Shown: positions 1 through 9,010 of the stretch, in pieces | Layout of the letters: each line of letters begins with the position of its first letter | Position numbering within the stretch: position 1 is the stretch's first letter | Assembly: GCA_046331685.1 (NCBI GenBank) | Contig: JAXLQI010000007.1 | Location: forward strand, 1,862-65,861 | Direction of reading: 5' to 3' | Source: Candidatus Micrarchaeia archaeon | Lineage (GTDB): Archaea; Micrarchaeota; Micrarchaeia; Anstonellales; Bilamarchaeaceae | DNA length: 64,000 nucleotides | Made by a program: the position numbers and the translations under genes | The notes under the pieces: generated by a model | What the model saw: the letters and a program-made list of their open reading frames with translations, nothing else | What the model was told of the DNA's origin: nothing | The model's database searches: none

Positions 1-290
1 ACGAACTCCACGAGGGTGGTCTGCCCGGGGGGAAGCTCTTCGCTGATGCCGAAAGCTGAAAGGGCGAAGCCGTGCCTCACGTCGTCTGCAGGCACGGTTA
101 TCCGGATCCGCAAGTGGTCGCCCTTTTTCACACTCAGCATACCTGGATCGAATGAAGAGGAGTTCGCGGTCATGTTGACCTCGACGATCCGCGGCGGACC
201 GGATGGATTCCCGGACGGGCCTGGATCCTGAGGGCGCCCGAAGCAGCCGGAGACAAGAAGGAAGAGAAGGAAGAGGAAGTACCGGCTCAC
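1..290 (-). CDS. Cupredoxin-domain lipoprotein, partial (runs off the window start); paralog of the adjacent gene
   Basis: Not in the ORF track. Manual translation from GTG at 290 (GTGA overlap with the upstream stop) gives VSRYFLFLLFLLVSGCFG...VEVNMTANSSSFDPGMLSVKKGDHLRIRITVPADDVRHGFALSAFGISEELPPGQTTLVEFV, colinear with the neighbour, with lipobox-like SGC. Confidence 0.8.
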   Translation of the reverse strand, partial: MSRYFLFLLFLLVSGCFGRPQDPGPSGNPSGPPRIVEVNMTANSSSFDPGMLSVKKGDHLRIRITVPADDVRHGFALSAFGISEELPPGQTTLVEF

Positions 291-655
291 TTGACGATCA
301 GCGTGCCTTTGACGTCCCCGTGGCCTGAGCCGCAGAACACCGAGCACCGGAATTCGAAGGTCCCGGCCTTGTCGGCATCGAACTCGACCACGGCGGTCTT
401 GCCAGCCGGGATCTGCGCGTTCACGTTGAAATCAGGGAGCGAGAATCCGTGGGCGACATCGAGGCTCGTGATCGTGAGCTTCACGTGGTCCCCCTTCTGG
501 ACGTTGATGACAGACGGCGAATACCCGAACTGCTTGACTGTCATGTTTATCTCGACAGTCTTGCCCGAAGACGTCCCGTTCACCGGCTTCGTCGGGGCCC
601 CGGAACACCCGAAGAGCAGGAGGCCCGCGACCAGAATCATTATCAACAATCTCAT
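287..655 (-). CDS. Cupredoxin (COX2/NosZ CuA-like) domain lipoprotein
   Basis: Signal peptide and lipobox LFGC; HGF motif; CSVFCGSGH CuA-type motif; start taken at MRLLIM (655). Confidence 0.85.
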   Translation of the reverse strand: MRLLIMILVAGLLLFGCSGAPTKPVNGTSSGKTVEINMTVKQFGYSPSVINVQKGDHVKLTITSLDVAHGFSLPDFNVNAQIPAGKTAVVEFDADKAGTFEFRCSVFCGSGHGDVKGTLIVK

Positions 656-696
656 ATTATCACCGATTTCAGGACAAACATGCCAGGAATAAATAG

Positions 697-1656
697 CTAT
701 CTGAACGGCCGCGCGTTCCGCCGGAGCGGCCTCATGCCGGAGGATATGAGCGCGGATTCGATGCTCTCCATCTCGCGGCCGTCCATGGCCGCGCACATGT
801 CGGCCTCGACCAGGACCGCCGGGTATGCATAGCTGTCGCTGATCGCGGAGAGGGCATATATCGCTTCCGCGACGGCCGGGATGTCCTCTCCAAGCGTCTC
901 TACCCGTATCGGGAGATCATGCTCCGAGGCTTTGATGTAGAAGACCGATACGCCGGCCGCCAGGCCGGCTATGTCCTTTGCCGGCTTGTCCTCGGCATAA
1001 GGCACCTGGGTGGTCCTCTCCCCGGCCTCGAGCAGGTATTCGCAGAGGAGGGTGTCGGAAACAGTGAATCCGAGATCGCGGGAGATCTTCTTCGAACGCG
1101 AGTCCTTGATGACGCCGCACAGGACGCATTGGATCGCGCCGCAGGCTTCCCGGAGCTTGCCATGGAGGGAGATGACCTCGGAATAGAGAGAGTTGAGGAT
1201 GCTGCCCTCGGGCGGGCGGTCTGATGGCAGGGGGAGGAGCGATCCGTCTAGCAGGAGATACCCGGGCTTGAATCTTTCTACGGCGGATACCGCGCACGCG
1301 AGCTCGTCGCGCAGACGGACCAGGGACCGGAACACCGCTGATTCGTGCTCGTCGAGGGAGTCCATGATCTCTACCCGCGGCTCGGGGGATTTCCGCGGGT
1401 GGTAGGAGAACGACCGGATCCGCGAACCCTCATAGACGAAATTGACCGAGACCGACCGGACCAGCACGATATCCGCCCCGTGCATCCGCTGGGACAGGAG
1501 GCCACCGTCCACCGCGCAGACCGAAAACGAAGGGGAGGACTTCGTGACGGCATGCACCAGGCCCGGGCTGGATGCCCTCTTCGCTTTGGCCTTCAGCTCC
1601 AGCTCGTGGTATGCCAGCCGGATGCGCTTCGCCAGTAGGCCTATGTCATCCTGCAT
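697..1656 (-). CDS. nurA: NurA family DNA double-strand break repair nuclease
   Basis: AVDGG, LLLDGSL, GVIKDSRS and YPAVLVEAD motifs. Confidence 0.85.
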   Translation of the reverse strand: MQDDIGLLAKRIRLAYHELELKAKAKRASSPGLVHAVTKSSPSFSVCAVDGGLLSQRMHGADIVLVRSVSVNFVYEGSRIRSFSYHPRKSPEPRVEIMDSLDEHESAVFRSLVRLRDELACAVSAVERFKPGYLLLDGSLLPLPSDRPPEGSILNSLYSEVISLHGKLREACGAIQCVLCGVIKDSRSKKISRDLGFTVSDTLLCEYLLEAGERTTQVPYAEDKPAKDIAGLAAGVSVFYIKASEHDLPIRVETLGEDIPAVAEAIYALSAISDSYAYPAVLVEADMCAAMDGREMESIESALISSGMRPLRRNARPFR

Positions 1657-1706
1657 GCTTAGAGTCGTCAGAGAAAATATTTTAACTGTGCGGAGGATAT
1701 TGAGCC

Positions 1707-2222
1707 ATGATCCTCTCAGACAAGGACATCCGGAAGATGCTCAAAGAAGGGAAGATGAAGATCGCGCCGCTCTCAGACGACCAGATCGGCCCGGCCAGCG
1801 TCGACCTGACCCTCAGCGACGAATGGTATTTCTTCAAGGACGAGTACTCGCGCAAGATAGTCGACCTTAGCAGGATCGGGTTCGACGAGGCTTTCGAGCT
1901 GAAGAGGGGCCCGGAGATCACCCTCAAGCCCGGGGAGCTTTGCCTCGGCAAGACCGCCGAGAGGATCACGCTGCCCGCCGATGTGATGGGGAAGCTGGAG
2001 GGCAGGAGCAGGTTCGCCAGGATGGGCCTGATAATTCACACTACAAGCGCGCTCGTGCAGCCAGGGAGCGACAACCGCCAGATACTGGAGATAGTAAACC
2101 TCGCCCCGTTCCCCATAAAACTCCATGCCGGGATGAGGGTGTCGCAGGTGCTTTTCGAGATGCTCAATACCCCGACCAGCAAGCCATATGCGAAGTTCGG
2201 CCAGATAGCGACGAAGCAATGA
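1707..2222 (+). CDS. dcd: dCTP deaminase
   Basis: MILSDKDI start, PASVDLTL, EGRSRFARMGL, LEIVN motifs. Confidence 0.93.
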   Translation: MILSDKDIRKMLKEGKMKIAPLSDDQIGPASVDLTLSDEWYFFKDEYSRKIVDLSRIGFDEAFELKRGPEITLKPGELCLGKTAERITLPADVMGKLEGRSRFARMGLIIHTTSALVQPGSDNRQILEIVNLAPFPIKLHAGMRVSQVLFEMLNTPTSKPYAKFGQIATKQ

Positions 2223-2786
2223 TCATTTCGCCGGAGGCTTCTTTTTTGGTTTACCAACGGGGGGCGCGGATGGAATCGAAGGCGGAACCTTGACTTCAGG
2301 CGCTTGAACAGTTTGGGGAGGAGGGGGCAGGCTGTCCTTGTAGACGACGAAAGTCCCTGCGATCTTGTCGTGGAGGCCCTGCTTCCTGGCATCGAAGACG
2401 ATCAGCAGGTAGCCTATGTAGATGGTGAGCCTGTTGAGGATTATCTTCCCGACTATCTCCCGAAGGAGCGCCTTCTTCCAGCCGATGGGATAGCTGGAGT
2501 CCTCATCCACGACAATGAGGCCGAGGGCCTGCTTGCCAAACGTCGCTCCGCGCGTTGCTATGAAAAAAGGCTGATAGAGGAAGACCGCGACCAAAGCGAG
2601 CAGAGTGAGGATCCCCGCGGCGGCGTCCGGAAGGACGCCTGGCAGGAGAACCCCGCTGATGAGCCCCACGGTGAAGACGATGAGGAGGAGCATGGAGACC
2701 ATGACGATCTCGTCTATGATCTCGGCGGCGAGCCTCCGCCAGAACCCGCCGTAGCGCACCGAAACGGTTTTCTGTGGTTCGGCCAT
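2223..2786 (-). CDS. RDD family membrane protein
   Basis: GFWRRLAAEIID, GATFGKQALGL, KQGLHDKIAGTFVV. Confidence 0.9.
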   Translation of the reverse strand: MAEPQKTVSVRYGGFWRRLAAEIIDEIVMVSMLLLIVFTVGLISGVLLPGVLPDAAAGILTLLALVAVFLYQPFFIATRGATFGKQALGLIVVDEDSSYPIGWKKALLREIVGKIILNRLTIYIGYLLIVFDARKQGLHDKIAGTFVVYKDSLPPPPQTVQAPEVKVPPSIPSAPPVGKPKKKPPAK

Positions 2787-2847
2787 AGATATTATATGCA
2801 CTGTAAAGCATTATAGGATGCAGTCACTCTCCAGGAAACGGGATCCC

Positions 2848-3465
2848 ATGGACTTTTCGCTCATAAAAAACAACGTAGTGGTGGTCGCGACGGTAGCGGT
2901 GCTCATCGGGATGGTGCTGCTCTCGTCCTCCCTATTCCGCTCCGGCCTCGAGAACCCGAAGATCTTCTTCAAGGAGGACCCTATAGACAAGAACGCCCAG
3001 CTCCAGATCAGGCCCGGAGAGCAGTACCGCTACTCCTATATTTTCAACAACACGAGCGCGAACATCACATACCTTACTTACAGCGGCCCGGGCTGCGTGG
3101 GGGTGAAGATCTTCGAGAACAGGAACGCGACCGGCGCCTGCCTCGACAGCCGGGGCAACGATGCCGGGGGTTACAACAGCAGCCTGGAGGACCCTACGAT
3201 ACTCTTCTTCAAGCCCTGGATGCTGGCGCTCAAGGAAGGATGGAAGTGGAAAAGCTCAATGTACCTTTATTACGGGACGACCGGCCAGCTCGTCTCGGAC
3301 AATGAATACCGCGTCATAAGGAGGGAGGCCGTCGGGAACCGTAGCGCGTTCCTCGTCGAGATAAAATCCTCGAGCGGGCCGATAGAATACGACTGGGTGG
3401 ATGCCGAGAAAAGGGTTCTGGTAAGGATAGAGGGGAAAGATTACGAAGTGCAAAGGCTTGATTAG
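2848..3465 (+). CDS. Hypothetical protein with N-terminal membrane anchor and beta-rich extracellular domain
   Basis: Hydrophobic N-terminus, two Cys, N-x-S/T sequons, gene-like codon usage. Confidence 0.7.
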   Translation: MDFSLIKNNVVVVATVAVLIGMVLLSSSLFRSGLENPKIFFKEDPIDKNAQLQIRPGEQYRYSYIFNNTSANITYLTYSGPGCVGVKIFENRNATGACLDSRGNDAGGYNSSLEDPTILFFKPWMLALKEGWKWKSSMYLYYGTTGQLVSDNEYRVIRREAVGNRSAFLVEIKSSSGPIEYDWVDAEKRVLVRIEGKDYEVQRLD

Positions 3466-3635
3466 GCTGCCCGGAGCACCCTGAGGGGGATTATCCCTTT
3501 CTCGAGCTCAACTTCGGCTATCTGGATGAAGCTGGAGTGCTCGTCGTCGACCTTGATAAGCGGCGGAGCGCCCATAGAAAGCTGGAGGGCCCGAGCCCCG
3601 ATAAGCCGTGCGACCTCGTATTTGGTAAGTTCCAT
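3462..3635 (-). CDS. rpoK: DNA-directed RNA polymerase subunit K (Rpo6), 57 aa
   Basis: Below the ORF-track cutoff. MELTKYEVARLIGARALQLSMGAPPLIKV...ELEKGIIPLRVLR carries the ARLIGARALQLSMGAP signature; GGTGG SD upstream. Confidence 0.95.
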   Translation of the reverse strand: MELTKYEVARLIGARALQLSMGAPPLIKVDDEHSSFIQIAEVELEKGIIPLRVLRAA

Positions 3636-3712
3636 GATTCCACCTGGTGAAAAGCAGTTATTGATATTCCCCTAACGTCCTTTAAAAGGTTCACTTTGGA
3701 CGGGCCCGGCGC

Positions 3713-4879
3713 CTAAAGCACGACATACACGTGCCCTTTCTTGCCTATCGAGAGAGCGGTCTCGCCCGAGAAATCGAAAGTCTTCGCCTGCCCCAGGACG
3801 ACCTTTATCCTCATCCCGGGCTTTATGCCCACCCCCCGCTCCTCGAAAAGATAGACGACGCCCTCGTTCCCGGTCTCGTCATTCACGATGAGCCTGGTGT
3901 AGGTCCCTTTCTGTTTTTTCGTCTTCTGGTATTCGGAATTGTCCGCGCTTTTGACTATGAGCAGGTCCGTGTTTATGTTCCTCATGCCGTCTTTTATCTT
4001 CGTGATGTTCGTGATCTTCTGCTCCTTGAAGCGCTTCTTGGCGAGACGGAACGCGAGGCCGATCTCCCGGCGGGCGTCCTCGATCATGCGGTTCATCTCC
4101 TGCCTCATGATGTCCTCATCCCCGTTAGAGAGCATCATCGCCTCGTACGCTTTCTTGAAGAATGTGTCCGGGAGATGCCCGATCTCCTCGCGCTCCTTCA
4201 TCTCCTCAAGCTCCTGGAGCTCCAGATCGGCGATCTCGCTCGAGACTTTGTCGAGCTCGGCGGGCTTCCCCACGGTCTCCAATTCATGGACTGCGACATG
4301 CTCCTCGCGGGGCGGGCCGCCGGAGGCCGCCGGGGGCACCTCGGAAAGCGACGGGCCCGGGGTCTGGCCGTTGCCGATGCTGTCGAGATCGGACATCACT
4401 TCGAGATAATTGGTGAGGAACTCCTGCATCACCTTGCGGTTCTCCTCATGCTTCTTCTTGACTGTGCCTGCCTGCTGGCTTGCCTTCAGGTAGACCTTCT
4501 CTATCGAAGGCATGAGCTTGGATTTTGCCATCTCGGCCTTCTCCTTGCCGAGGCGTTTCTCGAATATCTGGGTGATCGGGCGGAGCATCTTCTCCTTGGC
4601 ATCCGTCTGCTGCTGGGCGGTCTCCTCCTCCTTCTTCCCATCTGAGAATATATTGGCGAACGACATGAGCTCGGGTTCGGTCTGCCTCTTCTTCTCCAAG
4701 AACTGCTGGGCGACATCCCGGACGGACGGATCCTTGTCGTATGTCAGCTCCACTAGTGCGAAGACAGCGGCCGGGTCGTCGATCTGCCCCAATGCCCGCG
4801 CAGCATCCTTTCGGACTTCGGGCTTCTCATCGAACGTGAGGGAGACTAGCTTGTTTATATTGACGGACGCCTGCTCCAT
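3713..4879 (-). CDS. HEAT-repeat protein with C-terminal RPA/SSB-like OB fold
   Basis: N-terminal DEKPEVRKDAARALGQI / DKDPSVRDVAQQFL HEAT-PBS repeats; C-terminal IKDGMRNIN...LIVNDETG...IKPGMRIKV...GETALSIGKKG resembles an OB fold. Confidence 0.7.
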   Translation of the reverse strand: MEQASVNINKLVSLTFDEKPEVRKDAARALGQIDDPAAVFALVELTYDKDPSVRDVAQQFLEKKRQTEPELMSFANIFSDGKKEEETAQQQTDAKEKMLRPITQIFEKRLGKEKAEMAKSKLMPSIEKVYLKASQQAGTVKKKHEENRKVMQEFLTNYLEVMSDLDSIGNGQTPGPSLSEVPPAASGGPPREEHVAVHELETVGKPAELDKVSSEIADLELQELEEMKEREEIGHLPDTFFKKAYEAMMLSNGDEDIMRQEMNRMIEDARREIGLAFRLAKKRFKEQKITNITKIKDGMRNINTDLLIVKSADNSEYQKTKKQKGTYTRLIVNDETGNEGVVYLFEERGVGIKPGMRIKVVLGQAKTFDFSGETALSIGKKGHVYVVL

Positions 4880-4930
4880 TGAGATCGCTCCTGATATTCC
4901 ACTCAACCTATTTAATGATTTCCCGCTCCT

Positions 4931-6001
4931 TTACGATTTTCGTATCTTCTCTATCGCATCGAGGCACATCTCGATGTCCTTCATATCGAAGTTCCCCATA
5001 TGGGCGATCCGCAGGCCGGTGTCCTTGAACTTGCCGCGCGAGCCGACTATCTTGATCCCTTGCGCCGAGAGCTTCGCCTTGATGCCCTTCGCCTCCTCCC
5101 CGTTCCTGCAGGCGAAGCCGGTCACCGTGCTGGACTCGAACCCTTTCTCGGCTATGAGCGGGAACCCCATCCTGGCAAGGCGGTCGCGGGTGTATGCCGC
5201 TGCATCGGAATGGCGTTTCACAGCCGCCGCAATGCCCCCTTTCCGATCAAGGACGTCGAAGGCCTTCTGGAGCGCCCAGAACAAGGATATGGCAGGGGTG
5301 TTAGGGGTCTGCTGGTCCTGCTCGAACCGTTTCTTGTGCCTGCGCAGATCGCAGTAATAGCTCGGTATGCTCGGGCGTTTCGAGTAGCGTTCAACCGCCT
5401 CGCGGCTTAGGCCGATCATAGCCATGCCTGGAGGGGCCGCGATCCCCTTCTGGCTCCCTGTCACGAATGCATCGACATGGAATCCCGGCATGCTGAATTC
5501 GGTCCCTGGCCAGGCGGATATCCCGTCGATTATGGTCAGCATCCCTTTGGATTTGGCGTATCCGCATATCTCCATGATATGGTTGCGCACCCCCATGCTC
5601 GTCTCGTTGTAGACCATGGCGAGCACGCTTGCCCGGCTCGAATCAATATGCGCCTTCGCCCTCTCGAGATCCCAGCCCTTCCCGCTCTCGAGCGGGTGCT
5701 CTATGGCATCGGCATAGACTTTCACGGTGGTCGCAAGATGCTCCCCGAATTCCCCGTTGTGGAAGCACACCACCCGTTCTCCCTTTTCGCAGAGGTTGAG
5801 GATGAGGGTCTCGAGGCCGAGGGCGCCAGAGCCTGTGAGGACATAGGACTCCTCTGACTGGAAGTAGGCTTTGAGCCTGGACACAAGGTCCCCGTAAAGC
5901 TTGGTGAAATCACCGCTCCGGTGGGTGATCATCTCCTTGCACTGGGCTTTCGATATCTCGTCCAAAACCGGGACCGGACCGGGAGCTAAGAGTATTGCCA
6001 T
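4931..6001 (-). CDS. Class V PLP-dependent aminotransferase (serine-pyruvate / alanine-glyoxylate / phosphoserine type)
   Basis: LLAPGP, HRS, NETSMG, IDGIS, GSQKG (PLP lysine), TPNTP, RIAHMG. Confidence 0.92.
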   Translation of the reverse strand: MAILLAPGPVPVLDEISKAQCKEMITHRSGDFTKLYGDLVSRLKAYFQSEESYVLTGSGALGLETLILNLCEKGERVVCFHNGEFGEHLATTVKVYADAIEHPLESGKGWDLERAKAHIDSSRASVLAMVYNETSMGVRNHIMEICGYAKSKGMLTIIDGISAWPGTEFSMPGFHVDAFVTGSQKGIAAPPGMAMIGLSREAVERYSKRPSIPSYYCDLRRHKKRFEQDQQTPNTPAISLFWALQKAFDVLDRKGGIAAAVKRHSDAAAYTRDRLARMGFPLIAEKGFESSTVTGFACRNGEEAKGIKAKLSAQGIKIVGSRGKFKDTGLRIAHMGNFDMKDIEMCLDAIEKIRKS

Positions 6002-6032
6002 GAATCCATATGCAGGGAAAAGCGTAAAAAGC

Positions 6033-6380
6033 TCACCAGCCGCGGAGGCTGAGCTGGATCCGCGAGAGGAAAGAGCGGCTTTTTCCGAGGATGGCGCGCT
6101 TCACCTTCTCCTTGCCCCTGGCCTGATAGAGATACTCATACCCCCCGCCCTCGCGGTTGCGCTGGCTGCGATCTGCGAGGCTTTTCTCCACAAGACGGAG
6201 CAGGGCCCGCTGGACCACCGACCGGTCCCGCCCGGTCAGCGACGATATCCCTGAGACCGGCAGCGGATCGCCGCTCTCCAGGAGGGTCATCAATACCGAA
6301 GCCTCGCGCTTCGAGAGCCCGAAAGAGCAGCGGAGCAGATCCCCGACGGAGAGGTCTATGCATGTCATATCTATGTCCAT
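6033..6380 (-). CDS. Single-domain TrmB-like HTH regulator, OxsR-like thiol sensor
   Basis: LLRCSFGLS, RDRSVVQRALLRLVEKSLADR, GGGYEYLY; divergent from two glutaredoxin genes; GGTGA SD. Confidence 0.8.
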   Translation of the reverse strand: MDIDMTCIDLSVGDLLRCSFGLSKREASVLMTLLESGDPLPVSGISSLTGRDRSVVQRALLRLVEKSLADRSQRNREGGGYEYLYQARGKEKVKRAILGKSRSFLSRIQLSLRGW

Positions 6381-6445
6381 GAACATCACCGGCTGTGCAA
6401 CTTCTTTTGATAAACGCATTACACGCTCCATTTTTTAAGAACGAG

Positions 6446-6464
6446 TGTGCAAATTATTTGCACA
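6446..6464. promoter_or_regulatory. Candidate operator palindrome TGTGCAAAT-T-ATTTGCACA
   Basis: Perfect 9-bp inverted repeat between a TATA-like TTTTTTAA (6431-6438) and the first glutaredoxin start; degenerate copy TGTGCAAC at 6394. Confidence 0.75.
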
Positions 6465-6474
6465 GGTGAATGAA

Positions 6475-6765
6475 ATGCCGGAAGATGGAAAAATGGACCC
6501 AACGAAAGCGGCGAACGTCATCGTCTATTCCACCCCGACCTGCCCGTATTGCGTGATGGCGAAATCCTATCTCAAGAGCAGGGGGGTGAGATACGAGGAT
6601 GTCGATGTCTCGCTGGACCGCGGCCGTGCCATGGAGATGATACGCGCGAGCGGGCAGCAGGGCGTGCCGGTGATAGTGATCGGAGGGAGGGTGATCGTGG
6701 GGTTCGACCGACCAGGGATAGACCATGCGCTCACGCTGCCGCCGATCGGGAAAACCGCGCCCTGA
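6475..6765 (+). CDS. Glutaredoxin (NrdH/YruB-like)
   Basis: CPYC active site, GVPVI cis-Pro loop, GFD. Confidence 0.92.
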   Translation: MPEDGKMDPTKAANVIVYSTPTCPYCVMAKSYLKSRGVRYEDVDVSLDRGRAMEMIRASGQQGVPVIVIGGRVIVGFDRPGIDHALTLPPIGKTAP

Positions 6766-6833
6766 TGCTGCCGGCCCCCGGACCCTGGCTTTTTTATTCC
6801 ATTTCATCCAAAAGATATAATGAGGTTTTGTGA

Positions 6834-7142
6834 TTGAGCTCCGAGAAACAGACAGAAGTGTTGGTTTTCACCACGCCGGACTGCCCGTATTGCGCGAAGG
6901 CCAAGGAGTACCTTGCCGCGAAGGGAGTGCCCTTCAGCGAAGCTGACGTATCGAATAACAGGAACAACGCGCAGGAGATGGCCCGCATCAGCGGCCAGAA
7001 CGCGATACCGGTGCTGATCATCAAGGGCAGGGTGGTCGTCGGATTCAACAAGGACCTCATCGACGATGCGCTCGAACGGTCCCCGCTGCCGCGGCGCGAT
7101 GTCTTCATGACGAACATCATCTTCGACCCGTTCGACACCTAG
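6834..7142 (+). CDS. Glutaredoxin, second paralog
   Basis: CPYC, AIPVL, GFN; TTG start. Confidence 0.9.
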   Translation: MSSEKQTEVLVFTTPDCPYCAKAKEYLAAKGVPFSEADVSNNRNNAQEMARISGQNAIPVLIIKGRVVVGFNKDLIDDALERSPLPRRDVFMTNIIFDPFDT

Positions 7143-7180
7143 GCGCTTATCCTCGGAGAGATCCGGCCCAAAAACAGGTC

Positions 7181-7978
7181 TCAATAGATGACGATGACAG
7201 GCTCATAGTATTTCCTTACATTGCCCCCATAGATCCGGGAGTCGAGCATCCTGCTGAGCTCAGCGCTCGCCTCTTCCCTGGAGCGGTGGAGCCAGCCGAG
7301 CTTCATATTGAGCCTGATGATGCGCCCCGGTATCAGGTGGCGGGTGGATTTGGGAGGCAGAGGCGTGTGGGCCTGCGCGGTCTTGATTATCTCCTCCTTG
7401 GTGTATGAGCGCCTGAAGAAGACGGTCTTCCCGTTCCCGAGCCGTTTCTGTATCTCCTCCTCGGGGGTATATTCAACGACCCCTTTCTCGAGCAAAGAGA
7501 AGATATAGTTCTGCTCCTCGACCATCTCCATCAGCTTGTAGCTGCCCGGGTTGATCAGATGGCATTCCTTATTCTTCCCGACAAGCATGAAGGGGGCTTT
7601 AAGGCTGTTGACAGCCTCGACACCTGCGGCATATTCGACCTTCTCGTGCTTGAGGGAGTCGAGCTTGAATATCTCCTCGGGCTTCAGGGGGACCGAAGGG
7701 TACCAGGTGCCCACCTTTATCTCATCGCTCTTGTAATCGACTATCTGGCATGTGGCGTTGGGGCATTCGATTATCTCGAGGACCTTGAGGCGGTGGTTGC
7801 CGTCGAGGACGACGCCGGTGTTCTTGTCCACGATCATCGGGTCGACCAGCTGGCCGATATTGAGCATGGCCTCTTTCAGCCGCTTGAGGTTGTGCGAGAT
7901 GACCTGCTCGTGGGATAGAAGCGACTTGACTTCGCGTATCTCGAGGTTTTTTATCAGTTCGTCTGCCAGTTCCGACAT
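7181..7978 (-). CDS. serK: ParB-fold protein, SerK-like ADP-dependent L-serine kinase
   Basis: HEQV, LDGNHR, DYKSDEIKVGTWYP, RRSYTKEEII and PPKSTRH follow the motif order I recall for Thermococcus SerK. Confidence 0.7.
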   Translation of the reverse strand: MSELADELIKNLEIREVKSLLSHEQVISHNLKRLKEAMLNIGQLVDPMIVDKNTGVVLDGNHRLKVLEIIECPNATCQIVDYKSDEIKVGTWYPSVPLKPEEIFKLDSLKHEKVEYAAGVEAVNSLKAPFMLVGKNKECHLINPGSYKLMEMVEEQNYIFSLLEKGVVEYTPEEEIQKRLGNGKTVFFRRSYTKEEIIKTAQAHTPLPPKSTRHLIPGRIIRLNMKLGWLHRSREEASAELSRMLDSRIYGGNVRKYYEPVIVIY

Positions 7979-8123
7979 GAAAGCACTCTAGTTACAAAAG
8001 TTTAAAAACTATCGGAACTCGGTCTGTCGATTGACGTAATCCCATTTTTCCGCAGCCCGGGCGGACGTTCCGCATTACAAGCAGATTTTTATATAGTTTG
8101 ACACATTATATCCATTGATATTT

Positions 8124-8747
8124 ATGGCACTTCTAGACAGGCTCCTGCTCAGAGGCCCTGATGAGATATCGAGGGCCGAAGCCATGAGGGAGTTCAAACG
8201 CCTCATGCCGAAGAGAGGGAGATTCGGCGAGATGCAGGAAAGCGGCATCACCGGATATTACGACAAGAGGTTCGGGCTGTTCGAGCCTTCGCTCGACAGG
8301 TGGGAGGACGGGCATGCAGACGTATTGAAAGCCAATCCCCAGCTGAGGAGGATAGACGCGCTCACAGACGCGCTGTTCCAGGCAGGGAGGTTCGAGCTCC
8401 GCATGGCCGGGCACATCATCTCGGAAGGAAGCCCCCCCAGATACGAGGGAACGGTCGCCGCCATCAGCGTCGCGGACCGGGCCGGGCTGATGAAGGGGAT
8501 GCTCACCCTGGACATAGGGGGAGAGGTGCGGTTCTCCAAGCTCAGGATAGGCACACATCGAGGATCGGATTTCCTGATAAGGCTGAGCGCGCTCGATCAC
8601 GGAATGGCGCTCGGCCCGAACAGGCCCGTCCCAGGAAGGATCCCTGAGACGATACACGAGCGTGCCGCCGAAGGAAGCGAGGTGTTCCAGACGCTTGCCG
8701 AGACTCTGGCCGGCATCGAGCGGATCCTCCGCGGCAAGGCGCTCTGA
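8124..8747 (+). CDS. Hypothetical protein
   Basis: ORF with TATA box TTTATATA at 8088; no recognisable motif. Confidence 0.65.
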   Translation: MALLDRLLLRGPDEISRAEAMREFKRLMPKRGRFGEMQESGITGYYDKRFGLFEPSLDRWEDGHADVLKANPQLRRIDALTDALFQAGRFELRMAGHIISEGSPPRYEGTVAAISVADRAGLMKGMLTLDIGGEVRFSKLRIGTHRGSDFLIRLSALDHGMALGPNRPVPGRIPETIHERAAEGSEVFQTLAETLAGIERILRGKAL

Positions 8748-8815
8748 TAGCGGGGAAATCTGGTGGCCCGCGCATCGCCGATAGAGGCTCCTTGGGCGGG
8801 CAAAGTTAACGGGGA

Positions 8816-8886
8816 TGCGACCGCCGCGATTTGAACGCGGGCCGCGAGATTGGCAACCTCGAATCATACCCCTAGACTACGGTCGC
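8816..8886 (-). tRNA. tRNA-Gly(GCC), no intron, CCA not encoded
   Basis: GCGACCG/CGGTCGC acceptor stem plus A discriminator; anticodon arm CGAGG-TTGCCAA-TCTCG; T arm CCGCG-TTCAAAT-CGCGG. Confidence 0.96.
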
Positions 8887-9010
8887 TGAGTGAATTAGGT
8901 TCAAGTGTTGATTGAAAAGTAATTAAATAATATCGGATTCGGCCGGCGAAACTTACAAAATACCATCAATAAAAACATTTAAAAACTGTTAACGAGATTA
9001 TAGATGACAT

